64,000 bases of DNA from Candidatus Bathyarchaeota archaeon. Lineage in GTDB: Archaea; Thermoproteota; Bathyarchaeia; Bathyarchaeales; Bathycorpusculaceae. Positions 40,371 to 49,982 of this stretch are shown in pieces (positions within the stretch are counted from its first letter, which is position 1; each line of letters opens with the position of its first letter). A model generated the notes under the pieces. It had not been told where the DNA came from, did no database searches, and was given only the letters and a program-made list of their open reading frames with translations. The translations under genes were made by a program, and so were the position numbers. The stretch is from assembly GCA_963775465.1 (NCBI GenBank), contig CAVZIW010000006.1, positions 96,001 through 160,000 on the forward strand. The letters are read 5' to 3'.

Positions 40371-40652
40371 TTAGTCTTCTTCGTAGAGTTTTCGTTCTTT
40401 AATTTTCAGGGTGTTTTCTTCGTCAGCGATAACTTTGAAGTTTTCCGTTAGTTCATGTTTATGTAGGAACTTTTTGACTGTAATTCGAACGTATTTTTTG
40501 GCAAGTGCTGCGCCTTCGCCTTTTACGGTAACCATTTTTGAATCGGTTGTTACATCTCCGCCTGTTTTTTCCTTAAGGAAATCGGCTAACTTCTCAATTA
40601 GTTTGCGCTCTTCACCTTTTAGTTCTGAAGCATTGACTTTCATTTCAACCAT
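40371..40652 (-). CDS. Ribosomal protein eL22-like
   Basis: LADFLKEK..AKKYVRITVKKFLHKHEL..FKVIA resembles eukaryotic L22e SKRYLKYLTKKYLKK..LRVVA; GAGGTG RBS. Confidence 0.7.
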   Translation of the reverse strand: MVEMKVNASELKGEERKLIEKLADFLKEKTGGDVTTDSKMVTVKGEGAALAKKYVRITVKKFLHKHELTENFKVIADEENTLKIKERKLYEED

Positions 40653-41125
40653 TTTTTGTTCACCTCGATTCGCGTCATTGCAAATCTCTGTTAGCTGTCT
40701 TTGTCATGACTGCTCTATTGATAAGTTTTCCGCTCTAACTTGTCAGTTCGCCCGTCGAGTCTTTCTCACTGCAAAGCTCAGACTCTAGTGCTCATCATCC
40801 AAATCTTCAATTTACGAAGAACCATAAGTCTCTTGCGTTTTGGTAACAAATTTGTATGAGTTGACTGAAAATCGGTGCTTTCTTTAACTCGCATAATTCA
40901 TCAGAGTCATATTTTGATTTCTTGCGGTAATGTTATCTGTATAGGTGCTCTTTGCCTTTCTAGAAGTTGTTTTTATTTAGTATAACAATGTTTAAAAGGG
41001 CGATTCCCATTTTTGATTGGCTTCCGAAACAGTAGGTACATGTGCGAATCAGTTGGGCGCTGATCAGGAAGACTTGTTCTCAAGTTTCGAGAAAAAAATC
41101 ATAATAACAGGAGGAAAAGAAAAAG

Positions 41126-41251
41126 ATGTTGTCGAGAGATTGCGATGGATGCTCTCAAATGAAAACGTGCCGCAAAAGATTTGTTATCGCTGAGGTTGGC
41201 GAGAAAGTCTATTGCCCAGACGGAACAGCCCATCTAGTAGATGGAAATTAA
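41126..41251 (+). CDS. 41-aa Cys/His micro-protein (putative Zn-binding)
   Basis: GGAGG RBS; MLSRDCDGCSQMKTCRKRFVIAEVGEKVYCPDGTAHLVDGN; below ORF-track cutoff. Confidence 0.6.
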   Translation: MLSRDCDGCSQMKTCRKRFVIAEVGEKVYCPDGTAHLVDGN

Positions 41252-41290
41252 AACAAAAATAAAGTATTACTTCTTTATTTTCTCGTTTCT

Positions 41291-41704
41291 TTAGGTTAAG
41301 GTTTGTAAAGTTTTCTTTACGTGCTCAAGAATTTCTGTTAAATCTGCTTCTTTGTCAGGTTTCATGCCTTTTTTGGAAACCTTCAGAATAGTTTCATAGC
41401 CCTTCTTTTTTAACTCCTTTTCCATTGCATTCATTGTTCGGTTGTTTCCGAAAAGACGGAAAGTACAGAAGAGGATAGCTTTTCCATCTTCCCGACGGTT
41501 CATGTTTGCTATGAATGCGGCAGTTTCTTTAGCGGGGCTGGAGCCTTCTACGGGCGTGCCCAAAACAAGTGGATTAAAAGTTTCGATGGTGGAAGGTAAA
41601 GTGCCTGCTATATTCATGAGTGGAGCATTTATGGAATCAGATATTGCCTGGGCGACACGTTGCGTGTTGCCTGTTCTGGAGAAGTAAACTACGACGGGAT
41701 CCAT
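41291..41704 (-). CDS. Flavodoxin family protein
   Basis: YFSRTGNT FMN loop, LGTP motif. Confidence 0.88.
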   Translation of the reverse strand: MDPVVVYFSRTGNTQRVAQAISDSINAPLMNIAGTLPSTIETFNPLVLGTPVEGSSPAKETAAFIANMNRREDGKAILFCTFRLFGNNRTMNAMEKELKKKGYETILKVSKKGMKPDKEADLTEILEHVKKTLQTLT

Positions 41705-41802
41705 GTGTCAAATAGCGTTTGTTTGCTTAATATAATTTCGCTCTTGAGCGGTTGTGCAATTTTAATATCCTAGACTTGTGAGTATTTGTGTGAGCGAAAG
41801 AC

Positions 41803-43566
41803 ATGGATTATACCGTAATTGCTGATTCCTACGAAAGAATAGAAGCAACCACTAAACGTTTAGAAATGACTGATTTACTTGTGGAGCTCTTAAAAAAAAC
41901 CCCCCAAGACATCATAGCTAAGGTTGTGTATCTTACGCAGGGTAAGCTTTATCCTGATTTTGTCGGAGTTGAAATGGGTGTTGCGGAAAAACTTGCAATA
42001 AAAGCTCTTTCAAGAGCTGCTGGTCATAGTGAGAGTAAAATTCAAGCGGAACTGCAGAAAAGCGGTGACATCGGGGAAACTTCGCAGAAACTGTTAGCCA
42101 AACGCAAACAATCAACATTTTTCACTAAAACACTTACAGCGGAGAGGGTTTATGAGACATTGGATAAAATGGCGAAAACTTCTGGGTCAGGTGCAGTGGA
42201 TACCAAGATGGCGCTTATTTGTGGGCTTCTATCGGATGCGTCGCCTAAGGAAGCTAAATGGCTTATTCGCACTGTTACAGGCAATTTGCGCCTTGGAATT
42301 GCAGATATGACAGTTCTTGATGCATTAGCTATTGCTTATGGTGGGGGCAAAAAAACGCGTGAACTAATAGAGCGGGCCTACAACATTTCTTCTGATCTGG
42401 GTAGAGTTGCGAGTATAGTTGCTGAAAAAGGCATTGAGGGAATACAGAAGTTTCAGGTGGAGGTTTTTGAGCCTATACGTCCGATGCTTGCGGAACGTTT
42501 AGGTTCGCCTGAAGAGATTTTGGAGAAGTTTAATGGAAAATGTGTTGCGGAGTACAAGTATGATGGCGAACGTGTGCAGGCTCATAAAAAGGACAACAGG
42601 GTAGTGCTCTATTCTAGGCGATTGGAGAATATTTCTAGCCAGTATCCAGATGCAGTTGAATTGATTAAAACCCAAGTTGATGCTAAAGAAGCTATTTTGG
42701 AGGCTGAATGTGTTGCCATGGATTTTGAAACAGGTGATATGCGTCCTTTCCAAGAACTTATGCATCGACGACGAAAATATGGTGTAGAAGAAGCCATTGT
42801 GCAGTATCCTATTTCGCTATTTATGTTTGATGCACTCTATGTTGATGGTAAAGATTTTACCTTGGAGCCTTTTCCTCAGAGGCGTAAAATATTGGAGAAA
42901 ATCATAAAGCAAGGTGACCGTGTAAAACCTGCCACTCAAAGATTGGTAAGTGGTCTTAAGGAGCTTGAAGATTTCTTTGAGGAAGCTATCGAAGAAGGCT
43001 GTGAAGGACTTATGTGTAAATCAGCTGCTAAAGACTCTGTCTATCAAGCGGGTTCCAGAGGTTGGTTGTGGATAAAATACAAACGGGACTACAAGAGTGA
43101 GATGACTGATACGGTGGATTTGGTGGTAGTTGGCGCTTTTTATGGGAGAGGAAAAAGAGTTGGAACTTATGGTGCTCTGCTTTTGGCTACCTATAACAAG
43201 GAAAAGGAAACTTTTGAAACCGTAACTAAATGTGGCACAGGCTTCACTGATGAAGATTTGGCAAAGCTCCATGAAATGCTGCAAAAACATATTATTCCGC
43301 GGAAAAATAGCCGTGTTCAATCTACATTTGATGCAGATGTTTGGTTTGAACCTGCTTTGGTTTTGGAAATTTTGGGTGCAGAAGTCACGTTAAGCCCGAT
43401 TCATATGGCTGCTATGGATTCTATCCGTAAAGGTAGCGGTTTAGCAATACGTTTTCCAAGGTTTACGGGGAAATATCGCACAGACAAGGCTCCTGAAGAC
43501 GCAACAACATCCAAAGAAATCGTTGAAATGTATCGTGGACAACTCAAAAAGATCGGTGAATCGTAG
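41803..43566 (+). CDS. lig: ATP-dependent DNA ligase
   Basis: EYKYDGER adenylation motif, EGLMCK, WIKYK, IRFPRF. Confidence 0.97.
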   Translation: MDYTVIADSYERIEATTKRLEMTDLLVELLKKTPQDIIAKVVYLTQGKLYPDFVGVEMGVAEKLAIKALSRAAGHSESKIQAELQKSGDIGETSQKLLAKRKQSTFFTKTLTAERVYETLDKMAKTSGSGAVDTKMALICGLLSDASPKEAKWLIRTVTGNLRLGIADMTVLDALAIAYGGGKKTRELIERAYNISSDLGRVASIVAEKGIEGIQKFQVEVFEPIRPMLAERLGSPEEILEKFNGKCVAEYKYDGERVQAHKKDNRVVLYSRRLENISSQYPDAVELIKTQVDAKEAILEAECVAMDFETGDMRPFQELMHRRRKYGVEEAIVQYPISLFMFDALYVDGKDFTLEPFPQRRKILEKIIKQGDRVKPATQRLVSGLKELEDFFEEAIEEGCEGLMCKSAAKDSVYQAGSRGWLWIKYKRDYKSEMTDTVDLVVVGAFYGRGKRVGTYGALLLATYNKEKETFETVTKCGTGFTDEDLAKLHEMLQKHIIPRKNSRVQSTFDADVWFEPALVLEILGAEVTLSPIHMAAMDSIRKGSGLAIRFPRFTGKYRTDKAPEDATTSKEIVEMYRGQLKKIGES

Positions 43567-43620
43567 TCTGGCAGAGAAAGCTAAAACTGATAAGCATCCT
43601 GAGTATTAGAGTAGTTCTGA

Positions 43621-44256
43621 GTGTTGGTTGGTTTGGCTCAAGATCCTGAAAAAATGAAATCCATGATTGCTTTTAAAAAACGCCTCGAAGAGCAACTTGA
43701 GAAGTTGAATGCTGAGACTGTAGAGGTTCAAGCTACCCTTGACACAGTTAACACGATTCTTCTGGAGAAAGGGTTCAAACGTGGCGATATTAAAGAATTG
43801 GCGGCAGCGTCTGCACCTCTCTCTAAGGAAGTTGTTTTGCCAAAACATGAACCTGAACCGCCTAAAGTTATTGTTGCCCCAGTAAAACAGTACATGTCTG
43901 AAACTGAAAGTGTCATACCCCTAAAAACAATGAATGATGAACCATTAGCATTGATGTATTTTGATACGCAGCATATCCATGTAATGCCTGATGAAAGCAA
44001 GAAATTTAGTGTTAATACGCCGCCTTTTGGGAATTTTCTTGTGGAGAAAGTCTTTTCAAAGATGCAGGAAAAAGATAAAGAGCTCGTGCGGTTGGGTCAA
44101 CTTAACTCGGCTGAAATGTTCTCTTACAGCATTGTTCGTGAAGGTGACTTGATTAGGGAAATTATCATTAAGAATGTTGATGAAGAACGGTTAAAGGAAC
44201 TTAAATCTAGCATTCGATGGACATTTGAAAAAATGCATGAAAAAATGAAAAGTTAA
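43621..44256 (+). CDS. Conserved hypothetical protein
   Basis: N-terminal coiled coil, C-terminal RLKELKSSIRWTFEKM; co-oriented with lig. Confidence 0.7.
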   Translation: MLVGLAQDPEKMKSMIAFKKRLEEQLEKLNAETVEVQATLDTVNTILLEKGFKRGDIKELAAASAPLSKEVVLPKHEPEPPKVIVAPVKQYMSETESVIPLKTMNDEPLALMYFDTQHIHVMPDESKKFSVNTPPFGNFLVEKVFSKMQEKDKELVRLGQLNSAEMFSYSIVREGDLIREIIIKNVDEERLKELKSSIRWTFEKMHEKMKS

Positions 44257-44580
44257 CTATTCATGTTTTTTTAGTGCGTCGCTAATTCTGTCTTTGGGGC
44301 ACAAACCAACGAGTCTTTCTGCTTCTACGCCATCTTTGAATATTATCATTGTTGGAATACTGAATACTTGATAGCGTTCGGCAGTTGCTGGGTTTTCGTC
44401 TACGTCTAATTTACCGACGAAGATTTTTCCATTGTATTCTGTTGCAAGTTCCTCGATGGTTGGCGCTAATGCTCTGCATGGACCACACCAGTTTGCCCAG
44501 AAGTCAATAAAAACTACTTTGTTGTTCTTGATTGTTTCGTCAAAATTTTGGTCGGTTACATGAAAAGGTTTGGTGCTCAT
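44257..44580 (-). CDS. trxA: Thioredoxin
   Basis: WCGPC active site, SIPT motif. Confidence 0.95.
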   Translation of the reverse strand: MSTKPFHVTDQNFDETIKNNKVVFIDFWANWCGPCRALAPTIEELATEYNGKIFVGKLDVDENPATAERYQVFSIPTMIIFKDGVEAERLVGLCPKDRISDALKKHE

Positions 44581-44683
44581 TTGCTAAGTCTCCAATTAAC
44601 ATATTATACGTGTAGGTTTGTTTGATATAAACAGTTCGCGAAGATAAAGCCTTGATTTTTCTTGGGTCAGGAGGATTAGCAAT

Positions 44684-45902
44684 TTAGAAGCTAACAAAAT
44701 TGTATTTAATAATTGATACTACTCCCCATAAATTGATCAGTATGCTGATAATTATTAAGCTCTTTTCGGACCAGCCCAATTTTTCCTGCATGCCTTTAGC
44801 TGTCAGGAGTAATAGAAATGGTGTGAAATCGAGGCTAAAGCGATAACCAAACTGTGTAAATCCTACTGTGCCATGGGTGATTAAAATTGGTAAGATACAG
44901 AGGACTGCTAAAGCTGCTTTTTTGCTCAGTGCTGTCCAGGGTCCTTTGAAGATGTAGATGAATGCGGGTGTGGTGAAGAAGAGTCCTAGTCCCATCCATG
45001 AAGGTTTGAAGTAGGGGAAAGTGTCGAGGAGTATTGGTCCTTGGAAGATTATTGCGTATATGTTGCGGGGGATGTAGCTGAGGTTGAAGATGCCCATTTG
45101 GAAGTAGGGGTCTTGTTGGATTCCTGGGATCATGTAGTAGCCTACATCGAAGAAGTTGCCGTATCGTGCAAAATTGTATAGGGCGTTTAGACCGATTGGT
45201 ATGGCTAAGCCCGCGAAGAAGAGAGCGGCTTGTTTTAGTTGAGGTTTCCAAGTACTGTTTTTGTCGTATAAGAGGAGCAGAAAAAACGGAAACGCCAAGA
45301 CCGTTGGTAGACGTGAAAGAGCTGAAAAACCTAGACAATAATCCTACTAAAAAATTGTTCTTCTTGTATAAGGCAAGGATGATGGCAGACGTTAAGAAAA
45401 GAATTGAGGATACATGTTCTATATACCATGAAGAACCCACGGCTGCTGTGAACCAAAAGCAGGTGCCGAATCCGAACAAAGCAACTAGCCATAAGAGTTT
45501 GCTGCCTTTTACTCCAGTTTTTTTAAGCATGAGCCACGTTAATGCGACACCCAGACTAGCGAGCCCTATTGACATCAGACTTTGGTCAAAGCTTGTTCCA
45601 AAAACTGCCACAAAGGGTACTAAGAGAACTGCTGGCATGGGTGGATAAACGACATAAAAATTGTTGTTATAGTTGACGATTTCGGCTAGTGCTGTCCCTT
45701 GTCCGGAAAGTCCCAACTTGCCATGAAGGAAAGCGTCAGCTAAATAGACAAAATGGTTCTGTCCAGGAGGTGAACCTTTGCTGAGGTAAAAAACCAGAAA
45801 CGCTACTAAGGCAATTATTATGAATTTACGGAAAGTGCTTAAAGATGAGATCTTGTCGAACACTTTTTGTATTCTTTGGTTGGGCCAAATCATACTGGTC
45901 AT
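44684..45902 (-). pseudogene. GT-C-type membrane glycosyltransferase-like gene with 1-nt frameshift
   Basis: Two overlapping ORFs join into one polytopic protein (..GLL/LGFSALSRLPT..) if one base near 45335 is removed; YPPMP and GYRF motifs. Confidence 0.7.
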
Positions 45903-46133
45903 TCAAGTTTGGAGGAAATAGCTAATAGTTTTTTTGTTCCAAATTCTTGTTATATCTGGAGGAATACGATTAGTTTTGTAGCCTAAGAGTTTAATTGCCT
46001 TACTTAGTATTTTCAGGTTTACGAGCTTTGTGTATTTGGACATAGTTTTAAGGATTTTGTTCTTACAACCTAATCTGTAACACAAAGAACATAAACCTCC
46101 GATCATTTGATTTACAGAGACAGGTTCCTTAGT

Positions 46134-47102
46134 ATGAATAGAAAGGAACTATACAAAATTTTTAAGACTTCATTCTACGCTTGGATAAAAGATAACGCCA
46201 CGCTAAGAGCTGCCGCGCTAACATTTTTTATAATTTTGCCATTGCCGACTTTATTGTTAATTGTGATAGCTATTTTTTCTCAGTTTTATGGACCCGCTCA
46301 GGCAATTAATTTGTTAATTCAACAAATATCTTCTTTTGCTGGGCCGGCTGTTGCAACCTTGTTTAGTGAACTTGTGGCTAATACGGGGTCTCCTTTTGGT
46401 TCGGTTTGGACAACGATTGTTGTTGTCGGTTTTTCTTTTGTTGGAGCAATTGGTGCATTCTCGGTCTTGAGGGACACAATAAATTGTATATGGGAAGTTA
46501 AATTGCCAAACAAGCTTCCTTTCTGGAAGATGATACGGCAAAAAATTGTGCCTTTTTTTCTTTTGTCTGCCTCGGGTTTAATTGTTATTGTTTGGTCAGC
46601 GATTGCTGGTAGTTTGCTTAGTTTAATTCGTTTTTTCTCAATAAATGATGCTCTAACTGCTTTTGCTTTAGCGGTTACTCAGGTTCTTTTGTCTTTTACT
46701 GTTTCGGCGATTTTGTTGGCTCTTATCTATAAATTGATTCCTGAAGCAAAAGTTCACTGGAGGGACATATCTTTAAGCGTCGTGGTAATAGGCATCGCTT
46801 TTACTATAACTAACTATGTTTTCGGAACATACATCACCGTGTTCACTATAACTACTGTTGTTGGTGCAGCAGGTTCACTGTTAATTATTCTGCTTTGGAT
46901 TTTTATTTTAAACGAAATGGTTCTTTTTGGAGCAGAGCTGTCTAAAATTTATGCAGAAACAATTGGATCTCATGCAAAAGAGCATTTACCTTCATCACTG
47001 GACAAAATTGTGGATCCCATCGAGAGGGTTGGAAGGAAAATAGAGCAAGCAACAAAAGACGAATACGAAACAGATCTGAAAGAGGAAGAATATGAGGATT
47101 AG
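46134..47102 (+). CDS. YihY/BrkB family membrane protein
   Basis: AAALTFF, LRDTINCIW, YKLIP, GSLLIILLW..VLFGAE. Confidence 0.9.
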   Translation: MNRKELYKIFKTSFYAWIKDNATLRAAALTFFIILPLPTLLLIVIAIFSQFYGPAQAINLLIQQISSFAGPAVATLFSELVANTGSPFGSVWTTIVVVGFSFVGAIGAFSVLRDTINCIWEVKLPNKLPFWKMIRQKIVPFFLLSASGLIVIVWSAIAGSLLSLIRFFSINDALTAFALAVTQVLLSFTVSAILLALIYKLIPEAKVHWRDISLSVVVIGIAFTITNYVFGTYITVFTITTVVGAAGSLLIILLWIFILNEMVLFGAELSKIYAETIGSHAKEHLPSSLDKIVDPIERVGRKIEQATKDEYETDLKEEEYED

Positions 47103-47104
47103 GA

Positions 47105-47182
47105 TGGTGGGCCGAGGCGGATTTGAACTGCCGACCTTTCGATTATCAGTCGAACGCTCCAGCCGTGCTGAGCTACCGGCCC
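47105..47182 (-). tRNA. tRNA-Ile(GAT), CCA encoded
   Basis: Cloverleaf GGGCCGG/TCGGCCC, anticodon arm TTCGA-CTGATAA-TCGAA, T-loop TTCAAAT. Confidence 0.96.
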
Positions 47183-47233
47183 ATATTTGAGGTGACACCA
47201 TTCTAATATTATGTGGGTTTATAAGAATTGCCA

Positions 47234-48300
47234 TAAATCTTTTAATGCAACTCCATTATTGAGTTGCTAGATTTAGGGTTGGTTACAGGGTTTTTGCGAA
47301 TTCACTCAATGGTTTAACTGGCTTGACTTCAACTGTCATTGATCAAAGAATTTCTTTATTGCTTCTGGGTTTTGGATATCTGTAGTGAAGAAATCATTGG
47401 TCCACTGGCGCGTCTTGCGGGCAGCTGATGTAGGCGGATTTTAGGTTCATTCCAGCTTTTTTCATATTCTGTTTGAAGAAAAGTTGCTTAAGCATTGTTT
47501 TTCTCTCTGAACTTAATAAAGAGACATTTAGCAGCTGGATGGGAATAACTTGTTTTATACAGCAAGCAATTCCTCTCCATTTTATTGAATGAAAAATATT
47601 CTTGTATCTGTAAGATGCTGACGAATTTGAACTTATTTTAGAAAGAAGAAGGTCATGGCATGTACTCTTCTTCTACCCATTATATGATAGCTTGTGTTTA
47701 GAATCAACTTTAAGTGCGAAAGAAGAAACCTCGTTTACTGCACAGGGAATTTTTCCTTCTTCTACAATTTGTTCTCGAGTTCCCGACTAAACCGCCTTTC
47801 AAGGGTGTCAGTTTATCGGTAGCATTAACTGCTGAACGGGATGGAAGAGTAACATGCAAGGTTTTGGGGAGGCTGTTGTGTGTTTAGTTTAGTAGTAGTC
47901 GTCTGCTGAATTTGCTGGACGACTACTTCTAACGAATAAAAGATGACTGGGCGGTTTATTCTCTTCTAATATTAAAACAGCGTTTCTGGGTCGATAATTG
48001 GAAGAAGAAAAAACAGGTTTTTTTAGTGGAGAATCGATTTTTTCTTCTTCTCTGAACGAAGAACAAAGCATAAGCATTATGGTTGTTGTGTTCTTCTTTA
48101 GGCTAATTGAGTGACAGACAATAACATCTTCCATTTCATCATACTCAAAAAAGCTCAGACTTACCTAATGGGAACCAATCGAAACTGTGAAACTGATCCT
48201 GACCACAGTGAAAAGATAAGCCGGTGCGGTGCCGAAGGTTATCAGGAATCCAATACAACAGAACGACGGGTAGGCCCACTGCTTAAGGAAGGGAAAAACG
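47234..48300 (+). ncRNA. Candidate large structured ncRNA (unassigned)
   Basis: No credible ORF; more than ten 7-13 bp stems plus nested long-range pairings, many needing G-U pairs on the + strand. Confidence 0.4.
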
Positions 48301-48407
48301 TTTGCTAAGCAACGGAATAGAATGTAACTATTCCAGCCAAAAAACTAAAGTAATCCATCACCAGCAAATACTAAAATGTAAGTATTCCATCCAGAAAGCA
48401 TGGAAAA

Positions 48408-48486
48408 GGGTTCGTAGCCTAGCACGGATTAAGGTGTCGGCCTTCGGAGCCGGAGATCGTGGGTTCAAATCCCACCGGACCCGCCA
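48408..48486 (+). tRNA. tRNA-Arg(TCG), CCA encoded
   Basis: Acceptor GGGTTCG/CGGACCC, anticodon arm TCGGC-CTTCGGA-GCCGG, T-loop TTCAAAT. Confidence 0.96.
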
Positions 48487-49043
48487 ATCCAGAGGCGGAT
48501 TTACACTGAAGCCTCATGTCGAATTAACTGTTTTAGTTGACTGCTGAGAACTGACAGTTGGTGGTTTTCGAGTCTTCTTGTTTTTACAAGCGATTGCTTC
48601 ATCGATTAAGATGTCTCTGGTTAGTTGTTGTTTTGGGTTCTTCCCAAAGTACGTATTATTTCTTTGGGTGCTCATTCCTCTTACTACAGGCGGGTAAATT
48701 AGACTTGGAAATTACGAAATTAACCTGCCCGTAACGTATACTCTTCTGCCAAAGGAATCAGAAGTATTCGAAAACCAGACGATTAGTGGCACTTTTGAAA
48801 TTGGGGTAAGCTATTTAGCGAAATATGATTTTTCCTTTGCTGACAGAAGTGTTTTTTCCGCAACTACCTCGGTAACGTTTAAAGACAATACAAAGTAAGC
48901 CGCATTCTGCTGAGATGTTAACAGTTCTTACCACAGTAAACCCTCATATTGGTAATTGATTTATGGAATTCATTTCTAAAGTGACCTTAAAAGCAAGTGG
49001 GAAAGTCCAAGCTGATAGTGGAATAATAGAAGCATACGCGATT

Positions 49044-49409
49044 TTATTTTACGGTTATAGGTTCTGCTATTATTCCTGTTTCGGTTTCTGGCGCTAATTT
49101 TTGTTTAATCATGATTAGTGCGTTTTCAGCGAAGTTTAGGACGTCTTCTCCTCGTCTGGTTAGATTGTACACTTTCTTGGGTCTTTCACAATCCATATTC
49201 CATGCACTTTCAATGTAGCCTTTTTTCTCAAGCAAGCCAAGCAGGGGATATATCGTGCTTGGCCCAAAGTATACTCCGAATCCTTTGCGTATTTTTGTGA
49301 TTAGCTGGTAGCCGTGCATACTTTCTTGCTGCAAATATTCCAGAATTATAGTGTCCAAAAGACCTTTCGTGAGTTTTGTTTGGACTTCTTTTTGATATTT
49401 TGTGTTCAT
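49044..49409 (-). CDS. PadR family transcription regulator
   Basis: KGLLD..MHGYQLI..GPSTIYPLL..LEKKGYI..KKVYNLT. Confidence 0.92.
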   Translation of the reverse strand: MNTKYQKEVQTKLTKGLLDTIILEYLQQESMHGYQLITKIRKGFGVYFGPSTIYPLLGLLEKKGYIESAWNMDCERPKKVYNLTRRGEDVLNFAENALIMIKQKLAPETETGIIAEPITVK

Positions 49410-49982
49410 TCTCCATCTTCTCCATGTTGTATTATGTCTTCTTTATCGTTATACGCGAAGATAAAGCCTTGTACATAACCAAAGCATATCAAAAACCAAC
49501 CTGCACAACACAACTACAGATCAATACATGAAATATAGCGCCAAAACCAATATTTCAAATCTCAGAGTATGACGAAAACAAACTGTACAGCACATAAACA
49601 CAAACTCGACTTACCAGTCTCCAACACAAAAAAATCTTTCTTTGGCAACATCATCTACTTTGCAACATAGACTCACAGATGTGGACCATAAAGAAAACAC
49701 GTACAAATCTGAAATTAAAAGTGGAGGTTTAAACGACATTTACATACAGGCAGGGAGAGATTGCTAAAACTATCCAGATAGTGGTTTGGTTTGTCCAGTT
49801 TTCTCTTTTCTTCCAAGCCATCGTATTAGTTCATCTGCTAAAAATAAATTAACTTTTTCCTTCAGATGCAATTAAAGAATTACTGACAAAAATAGACCTG
49901 TGACTTCGACTGTGTACATGTGGATTTTGTGTTCTAATTTTCTTGGTTATTGATATTGAAAACAGAAAAAGAAAAAAAGATG

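Noticed and set aside
48216-48245. AAGCCGGTGCGGTG..GGTT resembling group II intron domain V, with a GTGCG at 47714
   Set aside because: Stem too short, no GNRA loop, no domain VI with bulged A, no interrupted gene or RT
47234-48300. RNase P or SRP RNA identity for the structured tract
   Set aside because: No GAGGAAAGTCC-type P4 motif and no SRP helix 8 motif; AACAGAA and CGGCTTAT fragments lie on opposite strands
47889-48547. Short ORFs 47889-48134, 48111-48308, 48302-48547
   Set aside because: No RBS or protein-like composition; they overlap hairpins or the tRNA
47105-49000. Integrated element at tRNA-Ile or tRNA-Arg
   Set aside because: No integrase and no duplicated tRNA 3' end found in the window
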